Assembly (NCBI GenBank): GCA_012026655.1 | Contig: JAAILG010000381.1 | Span: forward strand, 1-64,000 | Source of the DNA: Hydrolagus affinis | Taxonomy: Eukaryota | DNA length: 64,000 nt | Reading direction: 5' to 3' | In this document: positions 1-12,766 of the stretch, one piece after another | Layout: every line of letters begins with the position of its first letter | How positions within the stretch are numbered: position 1 is the stretch's first letter | Notes under the pieces: model-generated | What the model saw: the letters and a program-made list of their open reading frames with translations, nothing else | Told to the model about the DNA's origin: nothing | Database searches by the model: none | Translations under genes and position numbers: made by a program

Positions 1-435
1 GGGGGGGGGCGGGCCAGGGAAGTGGGGATTAGAATGTTCCAATGGGATACGTCTGGTTGTCCTGAACTCAATCGCCTTTCCTAGCAACCGCCTCCATTCG
101 TCAATTGCCCTCTAGATAAAGAAAAACTTTGTGTCGCCTCTCCTGAATTCGCCCATTGTCACTTCAAACCTATGGCCAACAGATCAGCTCTTCAGTGACA
201 CTGAAAAAAAAACATCTCCAGTGAAAGCCAAAGGTCCCAGGATAACTCAATGTGGGAATGCTTCTAGTTTTCCGGAATCCAACCCTGCCACAGGATTCTC
301 AATCACCTTTCTTTCAATGGCAGGTAGAATTGGAAGCATTTATTGTTTTATGGCTGTCAGGTGACATTGGTTAATCAAATGTTTGAACCACTTCAGCCCT
401 TCCTATTAAAAACTAGCGCTGGGGCAATTAATTCA

Positions 436-712
436 TTAATCAATCATAAAGAGTGTTTGAATGAGAGGCGATCAGATGGCTCATTGTACTGTGGGATTAG
501 TCACTGTGCGAGGTGTAGACACTGATACAGAGAGCGGCCATTTACTGAAACACGAGAGGGTTTCGTTTCCAATTCATTGCCATTCTCTCTCTCTCCACCC
601 CCCCCCATTCAACGACACGACAAGAGTGGGCATTGTCTGGGCCTATGTGGTGTTTTGCATGCATTAATGCCATCCAAATCAATCAGGGCTGAGCTAGTGA
701 TGCGTTACATCT
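436..712 (-). other. Conserved intronic block in TTLL10-A (paralog of 27684-27951)
   Basis: Reverse-complement match of roughly 90% by eye to 27684-27951, in the equivalent intron (after the GCDF..NFK exon). Confidence 0.85.
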
Positions 713-1227
713 CTGTGGTAATGGACTGCGGACTGCTAGGCAAAAGATTTCTAAGCCATTAGAAAACACAAGTAACCAACACAAACCAACAACAACAACT
801 TGGATTTGTATAGTGCCCTCCACGCCAAATGGCGTCTCAGAGCGCTTCCCAATAACAGATCCCGGGGCCAAGCCAGTCGGAGGGGGAAAAGGTGACCCAA
901 AGCACAGTTGAAAAGAGGCGAGGGGGCGAGGCGAAGGGAGTGAGGGCGGGAGTTCCACAGCCTTGGGGCATAGTGGCTGAAGGCACGGACACTGACAGTG
1001 GAACAGAGGTTTTGGGATTTGAACCATTGCCTCATTATCTTCTTTTTAAAAGTCTCACAATTTGGTGAGCTATATAAATGCAATTTGTTGTTGTTGTTGT
1101 TGTGCAGGAAATTATGTCAGTGGCCCGGATGTTGGATAAACCAACAGAAAATGTTGTCTATTCCCCATTTGCATTGTAAACAAACCCAATGCTATAATGA
1201 AGTATGTCATAACAGCAGCACATCACA

Positions 1228-1425
1228 TAATAATAATAACCCTTGCATTTGATAAAGCTCTTTTCATGTCTTCTAGATGCCTCAAAGCGCATCACAGAAT
1301 ATACTGTCAAGTGAATTGACTGTATATATGTGGGCGAAACTTCAGACAGTTGCGCACAGCAAACAGTCATGGATTGAAATGACCGATTTTGAATAGTTTT
1401 TTTGGAAGGATTATTATTATTATAA
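1228..1425 (-). mobile_element. 5'-truncated SINE of the same family (similar fragments at ~3897-4010, ~20826-20996, ~49553-49725 and elsewhere)
   Basis: ccttgcatttgata..gtgaattgactgtat..gattgaaatgacc. Confidence 0.75.
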
Positions 1426-2146
1426 TAACACACCCAATTATGTCCAAACTACACTGAATAGATCAAGGCAAATAGTACAGAACCTCTGGAAATATATACT
1501 TTTAACAGATCGCATCGAATCATAGGGATAAAAAAAGTGGGTCAGTTTAATCTACAGAAATATCAACCGTGATATATCTCTCTTGCTGTGTCATTTTCTT
1601 CAACTCGCACAGGAAACACATACAAGGTTTGGATTGCTAAATGGTACGATATTCTATGAATACAAGATTACAAAGAATTGCTTTCCCTACCTTCGTTATT
1701 GCCACTTAAACATACTATACTCGCCCATCGTATGCCAGTTTACAAAAAAACATGACTGAATTTTACAAACGCGTTTCAATAACTTGGCAATCGTCCGCGA
1801 CAAAACCCACAGCTCGAGCTGATATTTCACACCTATTTTACGCCCTTCCGAAAACTTAAAACGCATTTCAATCAGTGTCAAAACAGTGTCAAACTTAGTT
1901 CCCATTTTATGGTAGAAATGCAATTTCTTTTTAATCTGTCACGATGTGTAGGAAGGTTGTGGGGTAGTGTTTGGGGGAAGAAAGAGCGATGAATAGAAAC
2001 CGAACCTGGATTCAGATACTAACGTAACATTCAGGAAGGTCAGCAGTTTTTTTTTAACTCAACAGCTTGTACAGTTTGATTTGATCTAGGATCCAAACCT
2101 ACGTGTTATTTTCTCTAACATAAGCATCTAAAATCAGCATCATCAC

Positions 2147-5100
2147 CTTGAAATTTTGGTCAATCATAAAGTCACAGCCCAGGAGGTCAAAGAAGCCAAG
2201 TTTGGACTCCAGTTTGCTCTTGGCAGAGGTGAAACAGTGCATCATGATCTGTTGCATTTTCTTCTGCAAGAAAAAGATCAGTTGTGTGTACACCTCCTTG
2301 AGTTACAAGCCTGATACATGCATCCGTTTTCACACCTTGTTTCTTAACTAGTGGATTAAAACCGAGGTCCTGACTCCAACGTACTAAGCTAGCAAAACAT
2401 TACAAAAATAATTTGCGTTTGTATAGTACCCTTCCGAGGCAGCATCTCGGATCTCTTAAACAGTGGCAAAGCCTACGCTGGGGGTTGGGAGGAGAAGGTG
2501 ATTGTCAGCACAGTCAAAGAGGAAGATCTTTTCACACGAAGGGTGGAGAAAATCTGGAATTCTCTCCCCCCCAAGAGGCTGTGGATGTTGGATCCATTCC
2601 AATTTGCAAGACTGAAGTGGATAGATTTTTGTTAGGTCAGAGTATCAAGGGATATGGGGCAAAGGCTGGGTAGTCGGAGTGTCGGTGATACAGATCAGCC
2701 ATGATCTAATGGAATGGCGGAACAGACTTGAGCAGCTGAATGGCCTCCACCTGTTTCTATGTTCATATGTCTTCGGTCGTGACCTGAAAGATAGGGAGGT
2801 AGGGGGCTAGGCAGGGTGATTAGGGTAGAGAGTTCCAAAGCTTCGGGGCGTAGTGGCTGAAAGCATAGCCACCGATAGTGGAGCCAGCCGAGCGTAGTTG
2901 TGTGGGGAGTGGTGACCGTGATAACCTCGCACTCTAGCACTAAAATGTTAAATGTTTCTATTGAAACACGGCAGCACTCTGCCATTGCCAGCCAGGGTGC
3001 GAGCCTGTGTAACTGAATCCTCCGTTGGTTAGAAAGGGCTGTGAAGATCACTGTGTTAACTAGAGCTGGGATTGAAGCAGTATCGCACCCTTACCGCAAA
3101 AACAGTGAAGATCCAGTCCTTCTGGAGGGCCTTTGCAACCATGAAAGTCTCGTTAATGTATTTATTTAATCGTTCCATGGACCAGATTGTCTCGTCCTTC
3201 ACGTCATTGTAGTTTGGATTTTTTTTCTGTATGTACTGAGGGCAAAAAGACACAAGACTGCAATTTAGTGGATTAAAATTGCTNNNNNNNNNNNNNNNNN
3301 NNNNNNNNNNNNNNNNNNNNNNNNNNNNNNNNNNNNNNNNNNNNNNNNNNNNNNNNNNNNNNNNNNNNNNNNNNNNNNNNNNNNNNNNNNNNNNNNNNNN
3401 NNNNNNNNNNNNNNNNNNNNNNNNNNNNNNNNNNNNNNNNNNNNNNNNNNNNNNNNNNNNNNNNNNAGGGCAAGTATGGAGGGACAAAAAGCATCTTCTA
3501 AGAATGTTAATATCATTAAAGGGGACAGATAAATAAAAGATGAAGCTTATATAGAAAGGGAGGACACATCCCTAATGAGAGAAAAAAAAATCTTACATTT
3601 AGTGCAATGAATCTTATTTGGAGGATTGTGGATTTAGGAGAATGGGAGAAAGTGGATGGGGGGGGGGGTGGTGGGGGTGGAATGAATGGGTTAAAATGCA
3701 TGCAGAATTATTTAAAATACACCAGAGAAAGATAAACACATGGGATTGGAAAAGATCAACAACATCTGCTGAGCTGGGTGTTTTTATTCCCTTCCGCAGA
3801 TCACTGGGTACTTTACACAGCACTAATGAACACCTGCCGGAGCCTGACCTGCTTTGCGCACTTAGAATCCCTTGTGCACTGACTGACAATAGGAACAAGA
3901 ATAATCCTTGCATTTGATATAGTGCCTTATCATCATGTTTGTGAGATGTCTCAAAGTGTTTCACAGAATAGACTGTGAAGTGAATTGACTGTATATTTTG
4001 TGGGCGATTAATTATTGCTGGTGAAAATTACAATTTTTTTAAACCTTTGATGGGTGGTGTAGCTATAGGGCGGGGAGGGTAGGGTGGGGGGGGTGGGATG
4101 CAAGGGGTGGAGCTGTCCTGTAGCTCAGTGGTTAGAGCACTCGCCTTACAAGCCTGAGACCAATGTTTGATACCCGGTAGGTCAGGGCGAAACCTTGGGC
4201 AAGTTTCCTTACTCCACACACACACACGCACACGCACACGCACACGCACACACACACACACCCACACACCCACACACACACACGTCTGATAATAATCCCT
4301 CAAGAAAATAAAACAATAATAAATTGGTCATTTCAATCCACGACTGTTTGTGGGACACTGCTGTGCGCAATTGGCTGCTGCGTCTCACACAGAAAATATA
4401 GTCAATTCACTTTACAGTATACTCTGTGAAGCGCTTTGAGACGTCTAGAAGACATGAAAAGCGCTATATCAAAGGCAGGGAGTATTATTATTATTATGAC
4501 ATAGCTGTTGAATTCACGTCACATTTCATCTTACCTGGTTGGTTAAGTGACCTGTCAGGTCGTCAGAGTAGGCGTCATACTTATTACACGTCACCTTGAC
4601 GTAACCGTGATGAAAGAAGGTCACATGGGGTGAGGTGCAGGCAATCAGGAAGAAAGAGCGGACGTCAAATTTTCTCCCATCCAGTAGGAGAGGGTTGTGA
4701 ATGTATCTGTTTGTGGGAAAAAAGGGACACACATTTTAATGAAACTCTGAAGCAAGTTTGGAGACTGGTCAGGGATTTCACAGACTCTGAATGTTTGGAC
4801 TCAGTGGTCTCATCAGAAGTCCCACTTCCCCTTCACTTGGGGCTCTCCACAAAACCATTTCTTCATTGTGGCCACTGTCTGCTTTAGCACGAGTCACTCT
4901 CACGCTCTGGTGACTGAAAGTGAGGGAAATAAGAGTTGAGACGTCGCCCAATGTTTTATTACAGAACTGCTGTTCACGTAGCTATTCTGCCTCCTGCTTT
5001 CCTGGGAGTCAGTGAACAGCCCATCCAATCTGAACCTTCCACCCACCCAACAGCCACAGCAACAAGCTGCTGTTTAAATGAGTCCAGTGTCATGGCCTTA

Positions 5101-8100
5101 ACCAACGTTCCTGGCAAACTGTTCCATTTCCTTGCAGTTCATATGACTAGGTTCATATAAGGTTGACTTATTGGAAGATTCGTCTGTAGGTATTGACTCC
5201 CTCACAAGACAAAGTAAGTTGGTGGATCATCTGTCAGGGTGTGAGGTGCACAAGGAAAGACTAGGACTTACCTTTGAACTACTCTGTGAATGGGCGAAGA
5301 GTACAAGTAACACCGGTAGTGAGCGTTCTCGGTCACGTGCTCCAGCTTGCTGCGGAAGGCGGCTAGTTCTTCACGAGTCCTTAGAAGAAAGATCCCTCGG
5401 CCCAAACTCGATTCGGCGGGTTTGCAAATCCAAATCTGCCCCTCTGTGCAAGCGGCAAGCACAGGAAACCAAAGTCAGCAACGGGAGCTGAAGTTTCGCA
5501 ACGATGTACATGAGTGTTTAAGCCTGGAGTTCCACCTAGAGATGGCCTGCAAAATGCTCTATCAAACTATTTACTGGTCAGCGACTATCAAGTCGAAGTC
5601 TGCGATATTCCTCTCCGCTGCAGCACTGAACCCAGGTAGGGTTTCTGTACATTTATGGTGTGGCCAGTGAGGCTGTGGTCCTCTGCGCTACTTACAAAAA
5701 TAAGTCGTGAGATGATGGATGTGATAATGCAGAGCATTATCCAACTCCGTCCCTTTGAAACTCTCAGAAAAGTTTCCCTACATGAAGGGCACTACGTAAA
5801 TGGAAATTGTTGGTGATGATATGCCCACACTGCCTGGATTTACCATGCAAATGCACTCAGGATGCCATACCCCCCTGCTGCTGTGATGGTCAGCCTGACT
5901 GGCCAAGAGACTGACAACTTGGGTGGAAACTGAAAGCTTTTAAAATAGGTGAAATAATACTAGATAAACATCCTCACATTTAGTTTAGCGCCTTTCACAG
6001 CCGACGGGAGGACATCCCCAAAACACTTTGCAGGGTTAATTAACAACGTAAAGTGGAGTGACTACGTGATTTGTGCGCAAACATGGCAGCCAATTTGTGC
6101 ACTGGAATGTCCCATCGAATCAAATTTATATAGAGGATCTTTGGCCGGGACAACAGGGAGAAACTCCCCTCTCTTTTTTGAATAGTGCCATGGGTCTTTA
6201 ACGTTCACCTGAACAGATAGACGGGGCCTCGGTTTAATGTCTCATCTGAAGGATGGAGGGTAGAGGTTACCTCTGAAAACCTCAAAGTAAGCTTGACGCT
6301 CCTTCTTCAAATCCATGCGGTACGTCTCAGGATAGAAGTCATCTAGTTTCATTCCCCTACTGGGAGACGGGGTAATAAATAATAATAATAATGAGCTTTG
6401 CATTTGATGTCGCGCTTTTTCACATCTTAATAGACGACTCATAGCTCTACGTAGTGACCTAATGTAAAATGGGTTGACTGCACTTTTTGTGGGTGAGATG
6501 CAGCAGCCAGTTGCGCACAGCATGGCAAAAGTCTAAACAGGAAAAGTAGTGGGATCTAACCAGCTAAATTGATAGCACTGTCTGGGCAAGCTTCCTGCCT
6601 ACCCTGCCCTTCCAAGGCCTGGTCTATCAGTAGCAATGCCATAGAGTAGGGTTACAGGTCAAATTCTAGGAATGATTTACTGATGCTGTATTCAAATTAT
6701 TTAAGGAGATATATGTTCGAAGTAAAGTAGAATTTAATTTTGTTGTTGTGTTTGTTGTTGTAGAAGGCTGTTGTAGCCGACTGAATAAAGTCACAACAAG
6801 AAGAGAGTTAATGGTAGCAATCCTCAAAGCAAACCGATTTGTTTTGTGTTAATGGTAGAGTTAATAAAAATAGAAAAAGTCTCACAACTCTTACCATCTA
6901 ATTGTAGAAATGGATAAGTCATCTTCCCAGCAGTCCGTAATTTTACAAAGATAAAACAGACACGTTTATAAAGGTGTTCAATTGTCAGTAGACATTAGAA
7001 ACCAAAACAGCTATTACTAATGGTTGTATCTTAACCGATTTTAATTCACGTCCCTCATACTGGCAAGATTTTTCATTAGATGCTCATTTATGCAAAATCT
7101 CAACATTCAATGAGTGGCAAACCAAAGTATAATAGTTGCCCTTCTCACTCATTTTTGTTCCTCTTCCTACAAGTGAAATCAGACAACTTCAGTTGTGCCC
7201 CGAGACTCCAACCTGCATGAATCCAGGGAGCATTGTAACAAGGCCAGCCGGTATTCATGTTCAAATTCCCAACCCGTGCAGTTAATGATCTCAGTCAGTG
7301 TGCGTGGGAAACTCAGGCAGTGACCTCGATGTCAATTCTCAAATATCCCCAATGTGAAAAATTAATTACACCCGGGTGTATGTTTGATGGTGTCAGATTC
7401 TGCACTAATTAATACACATGTTTCAATGCTGTATTTTCCAGAATTTGTTGTATTGGAAGGAACTCTACAATATTAATAATAGCATTTGATATGGTCCATG
7501 ATTAGGTAGAATGACAAGACATCTCAAAGCCCTTTACAGGAGTTACTGTAACAAGCAGGGGCCGTGTATTTATAGGCAAACTGTTAGATTGGAGCCTCAT
7601 TTACAAAGATTCCCAATTAAATGCATTCTAACCAGTGTATTAATTAGGTGAGTGCTGAATATCTCAGTCTTATGGGCAAATAAATACATAAAGCAAGAGA
7701 AGATCAAAAGCTAATATCAAAGGCAAGAATCATTATTGCCAACTTACCCAGAACTTGGAGCTGCTGTATATTTACTCATTACACGATCATAGTCCTTTAG
7801 GGAACTGCAGAGGCCAGCCTTGGTGGTCAACAGCTTGTTGTTGGGGATATGGTTTAACATCTGTTTACCTGTTTGAATGACAGAAGACAAGGGCATGAGC
7901 AGAGGACATAAGAACATAAGAACATAAGAATTAGGAGCAGGAGTAGGCCATTTGGCCCCTCAAGCCTGCCCCGCCATTCGATAAGATTATGGCTAACTCT
8001 AATTACCTGCCCTACCCCAATATTCCCTAATCCCTCTATTTAAAAAAAATCCTTTCAGTCTCAGCCTTGAAACTGAGCATCTCCAGCCTTCTGGGGTAGT

Positions 8101-10787
8101 GAATTCCATAAATTCACTACCCTCTGAGTGAAGAAATGTTTCCTCAACTCTGTTCTAAAAGGCTGACCCTTCATTTTAAGACTGTGACCCCTGGTTATAG
8201 ATTCTCCTACCAGGGGAAACAGTCCCTCACTATCTACTTTATCCAGCCCTTTAAGAATCTTATCTGTTTCAATAAGATCTCCACTAATTCTTCTGTACTC
8301 TAGAGAATACAGCCCTAGTTTATTCAACCAATTCTCATAGGTCAGTCCCCTCATCCCAGAAACTAACCTAGTGAATCTACGACATGTCACTCTAGCAACA
8401 AGAAATCTGGTGCAGTTTTAGAGACGAAACTTCATAGGCAGGTACAGGGAAGCCTCAAATTGAGAAGATTCCTTGCTACAAATTAAGAAGGAAGGAGACT
8501 GCACTTGAATAGTGTGTGTATGGAAAAAACTAACTTGCATTTTTATTGTGACATGACATTTGAAAAATGTCAAAGCGCTTCACAATAATTCTTGAGTGCA
8601 AAACAGCTTATTCCCAAAGTTAGGCAAACTAAGGAGCACAGTGTTGAATTATGTAAGGCTTGGTTTGAATTATTCGGAGAGCTGACTTACCCTGCTGAAA
8701 GCTTTGATAGTTGATACGTTGCTTGAGTTCGCACCATTTTAATATGTAGTCTGTTCTGTTGCTGTCGTAGATTCGCTTCCATCCCCTATTCTCACAGAAG
8801 TTGCTTATTCTATATTCAAAAGAGATAACACAATGTTTCAAAGGTATAACCACCAGACAGACCAGAAGAGAAGATCCTAAAGGAGGATGGAGTCATGTCA
8901 ATGGAGATGGGCAGACAGGTGGCAAATGCAATTCAGGGCACAAAAATACACTTTAGGAGGAAGAACAAAAAAAGCAAATACACCCTAAATGGTAATATTC
9001 TTACTAGAGTGAAGCAGCAAATACCTTGGACTTTCACTCGACTTAGACTGTAAAACAAGCCAATTGAATGGTAGGTTTTACATCCGGGGGCATTGAATAC
9101 AAAAGTAAGGAGTTAATGAATGACGTCAATTATCAAACTGTATGAAATCTGAGGTTTTTCATGACATTATGAAATGCAGTAAATTTCAGTGCTAAATCCA
9201 ATTAAGGCCATTAAATCAATGCAGGCTATTCGAGCTACGTTAATAAAATTCACTGTGAAGCTACTTTATACATACAAGTCGGCCCCATTTGCACCTCCAA
9301 TGTAGAAGAAAGGTCCTGTGCCTCTGTAGTCATATCTCTTGGCTTTGTTGTTTTTGGAATCTCCGGACTGATCTGTTTAAACATTTAAGATTACTGGATT
9401 ATTTAGTAGTCTGTTGCATTATGAAGATATTTTAAATTAGCACCTGTGATTCGCTTTTCTCAATCGAGCAAGTTTTTTGGGGGGGTGGTCAGTAACTTGT
9501 CTATCACCTGCGGAAACATACCACCGTTGGTTAAGACTATCCAAACCAAACTGAGAATTCCATGCATCCCACCTACATATGAAAATTCCAGAGATAGCTA
9601 TTGGAATGGAATGCTCACTCTCTCCCTGGAGGGTTGAGTAAGGTATCATTCATCAGCTACGACTAGTCCAGATGTCTGTTTTGATGAGACCAAATTGGAA
9701 CTTCTTAAAAAAAATATTCACTGCCTCTGTCCATGTATCAGAGAACTCCAACACGCAAGATCTCGACTCCAAAGGAGCGTGATGAGTAAACGGGACCATA
9801 GCTCGAGGAGAGGACCAACTCAGGCACAACCTACCATAGAAACATTCTGTATCGTTCCATTTTGTGGCAACTAGTTTGGTCGCCTTGTTTAACAGCAAAT
9901 ATAACGCAGCATTGCCAAGTGGCAGGCTGTCACTGAGTGAAAGGGGTTTCTTTGTTACTTTTTTTTGAAGGGTGCTCCATTCCCAGTATTCCATTCACTC
10001 AAGCCCCCTCCAGTCCTGCTCCTGAGCCAGGGGGCTTCCTGGGAACAGGGTAGCTAACCCTTGATTTTCCCTGGAACTGTGCGGAGATTTCTGGCCTCAA
10101 AAACTGCAAGAAAGCTAAGCCTTGGAGCTCAATGGTGCAGCCGATCAAACCAGTGTTATTTTGAGGCGCTATGTAGATCAGACAAAGGTATATTTGGACT
10201 TAAATCCTGGACCGCACTTCAAAAATACATTCTTGTGCGCAATTCGAATTTCAATCGTTTCAGGAGATTGCAAACTGATTGTGGAGAGCATCCAAAATTA
10301 TTCCCCTTCAACTCAGCTCAACGATTATCCAAACACACACAAACAATCTTTCAGCACGTTGCTAGGAAATTGTACACAACACAACTGAGCTTTACATCAA
10401 ACAAATTTCCAGTGTTTTCAACATAAATGGGTCCTATTTCATTCTTATTAATTTTGTGCTATTGAAATTGACGACAATTACAGTGAGTGCATGTCTTTAG
10501 ATTGCGTGTTTATTGTCTGCATCGCTGATTGAAGGAAGCAAAGGCGCTTTGTTGAAATTACAACCGCAAATGAAGCTTAAACAATCATTAGAGTGAAATA
10601 CAAGAGCGAATCTCTTCCCATGGTAGTGTAGAGACTTTTGGTAGATCATTTGGCTGACGCTTCACACAGGGAGAGGTCTGTGACATTCCCTACATTCTAA
10701 CAGAAAGGACGCAGAGCAGGTAACAGCTTACAAAACTGCCTGGAGCCACTGGCGAGGAATGAAAGTCATAGCCTTACCAGCTTCCAT
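2147..10787 (-). CDS. ttll10: Tubulin polyglycylase TTLL10 paralog A (multi-exon, 3'-incomplete; last exons expected left of the window)
   Basis: GT-AG exons with consistent phases: 9276-9372 (DQSG..GTGPFFYIGGANGADL), 8691-8809 (ISNFCENRGWKRIYD..ILKWCE), 7748-7868 (KQMLNHIPNNKLLTTKAGL), 6271-6356 (DDFYPETYRMD), 5272-5443 (QIWICKP..GRGIFL..VVQR), 4535-4706 (YIHNPLLLDGRKFDVR..HLTNQ), 3095-3235 (YIQKKNP..WSMERLN), 2147-2263 (GFFDLLGCDFMIDQNFK). These are TTLL ATP-grasp motifs, and the GPFFYIGG/KWCE segments are TTLL10-like. The first exon 10778-10787 (ATG GAA GCT G|GTAAGG) is tentative; see findings for an alternative 5' end. Confidence 0.92.
3284..3466. other. Assembly gap (183 N)
   Basis: Run of n within a TTLL10-A intron. 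Confidence 1.
4107..4497 (+). mobile_element. tRNA-derived SINE, full length, with internal (CA)n/(CACGCA)n microsatellite
   Basis: Head ctgtagctcagtggttagagcactcgcc (pol III A box) followed by a B-box-like segment, shared family body and (TAT)n tail. Confidence 0.85.
7905..8390 (-). mobile_element. CR1-type LINE 3' fragment
   Basis: ORF 8061-8390 encodes a CR1 ORF2 C-terminus (YSLEYRRISGDLIE..TRGHSLK..FFTQRVVNLWNSLP); (TTCTTATG)n tail at ~7905-7930. Related 3' fragments at ~2520-2770 (+), ~38430-38690 (-), ~41715-41925 (+). Confidence 0.85.
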
Positions 10788-11079
10788 GCGGAATGAAAAA
10801 GGAGAAAGTATATAATCTTTAACATGTGCGCAGAATGATTTTACCGGAGTTACTTTTACACTCCGGTGGCTATTACTGCCTTAGATGGCGGAGGCTGCTG
10901 ATTGGAATAGACGAGAACAATGAGCGAAGAAGCAAACATTCCATGCTTAAAACCAGTATCGGCCACTTCTTTGTGTTTCATTTCCACAGACTCCACCTTT
11001 TCATTGGGAAAAAGTCAAGCTGGGAGTGGCATGCGTGTGTAGGTAGCTAGCAGAAGAAAACTTTCCCTCTTATAATAAG

Positions 11080-11408
11080 AATAATCCTTGCATTTGATAT
11101 TGCGCTTTTCACATCTTATCGACGTCTCAAAGCGCTTCACAGAATATACTGTAAAGTGAATTGACTGTATATTTGTGGGCGAATCGCGGCAGCCAATTGT
11201 GCACAGCAGCGTCCCACAAACAGTCGTGGATTACATGACCAATTTTTTTATTATTGTGGTTCTTTTGGACGGATTATTATTAGGCGTGTGGAGTAAGGAA
11301 ACTAAACAAGGTTTCGCCCTGACCTGCCTGGATTCAAACACAGATCTCCCCAGCTTGGTCTCCCCAGCTTCCAAGACAAGTGCTCTAACCACTAAGCCAC
11401 AGGAGCTC
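11080..11408 (-). mobile_element. tRNA-derived SINE (same family)
   Basis: aataatccttgcatttgatat..gctctaaccactaagccacaggagctc. Confidence 0.85.
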
Positions 11409-11424
11409 TTTATTTCCTAGTGAC

Positions 11425-11787
11425 CTGCTAACTCCTTATGAACCTGTCCGTTCCCTCCGCTTCCCCCACCGTACTCCTGGCCTGACCCACCATCAGCCAT
11501 GGGGCCTTCTGCCTCTCTTCCCCCATCCTTTGGAATTCCATCCCACAGTTCCTTTATCTCGTTCCTTCCCTTTCCTCTTTCACACATCGCAATACCCTCC
11601 TCTTCGGCCATGCCTACGGCCACCCTGTTACCCTTATCCTCCCTACCCTTCATCCCTCCTGATCCCGATTCCCTGCTCGAGTCCAAATCCCTGACTGTCC
11701 AGCGCCTTGGGATGTCTTCCCGATCCGAAAGACGCATTGTGAAGGTCGCTTGTTGCTTGTCGTCTGTGATCTTCATTGAATGGATCA
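11425..11787 (-). CDS. Candidate symmetric (phase 1-1) G/E/R/D-rich exon upstream of TTLL10-A
   Basis: 363-nt open segment inside ORF 11417-11821 (VIHSMKITDDKQQ..GQVHKELA) after a T-rich tract and AAG acceptor, ending at GCAG|GTCACT. Its phase fits the exon starting at 9372. Both splice sites are weak. Confidence 0.35.
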
Positions 11788-12521
11788 CTTGATGCAGCAA
11801 CAAAAATAAATCTTGTATCATTCACAGGGAAGGTGGGGAGGAGGTTGATATGTCAATTTCTAAGTCAAACGTTATGTTAATGAACCTCATTGCGATTAAC
11901 TATCATCACATTACACAACTCACTGTACTTTGGAGTCGTTTAATTGTTTAACACTAAATGACCATTAGGTGGCAATACATCCCTTCCTTTAAGGAGCCTC
12001 TCCTTTTCAGGATAATATCTCCCAACGATTAAGCCCTTCCTACATTCATGCACTTTGGAACATTTGGAACACTTCTTAGGGGCTATAATTCACCTCTGAA
12101 GAGATGACTTGAGACAGCTTTGACACCACAAAGCGCCAATCGAAACAAATGGCTTTCAAATGGTTACACACCAGGCTCCCAGCTGGTGAAATGCACAATT
12201 CCTTTCTTTTCGACAAAATTAGTGTGGTGTTAGTGTGGCCACAGTGACAATAGGACAGCCATTATGATGTGAGCAGCATTGAAACAGGAGAGAGGGGCCT
12301 TTTACGAGGAGCACTGTAACAGTGCTAGTTTTTCACTTGTCTTGCGCAACTGTCCCTGTATTCACCGTGACACACCGATAATAAGATTTCTTCCAATTGA
12401 CACCACAGCAAACTATCGCAAACAGCCACAAAATGGATGACCAATTTTTTTCTGGAATTTTACTCCGTCGCATGACACAAAGGGAAAAATCTGTTGGTTT
12501 AGTTCCCTGACTTATAATAAC

Positions 12522-12766
12522 CAGGCCTTCTCAGAGGTTCAGGCCACTTCCAACATTTCAGGCCCCTGGCCATATATGGAGGCCCCTGGCCAGATCCTCT
12601 CCCCCTCTAAACTGAGAGTGTGTGGGTCACATTTTGGTTCGAAAGGGTGGCACATACAAACAATAAGTCGTGAAACCTAACAAATACCAAAAAAAATTAA
12701 CAAGTGTCTAAATTTGAGGCACCTCTTTGAGCTTAAAGCCCAGGCCAAATGGCCCTCCTGGCCCTG
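12522..12766. mobile_element. hAT-like MITE
   Basis: Ends CAGGCC..GGCCCTG, 8-bp TSD ataataac / ttaataac, internal ggcccctggcca repeats. Confidence 0.55.

Noticed and set aside
3265-3536. ORFs containing long X runs
   Set aside because: Artefacts of the N gap; only 3095-3235 is a real exon nearby.
4107-4190. tRNA-like sequences here and at other SINE heads
   Set aside because: They are followed by the SINE body and tail and occur in many diverged copies; they are not tRNA genes.
10061-10426. 121-aa plus-strand ORF
   Set aside because: Antisense within a TTLL10-A intron, with no motif support.
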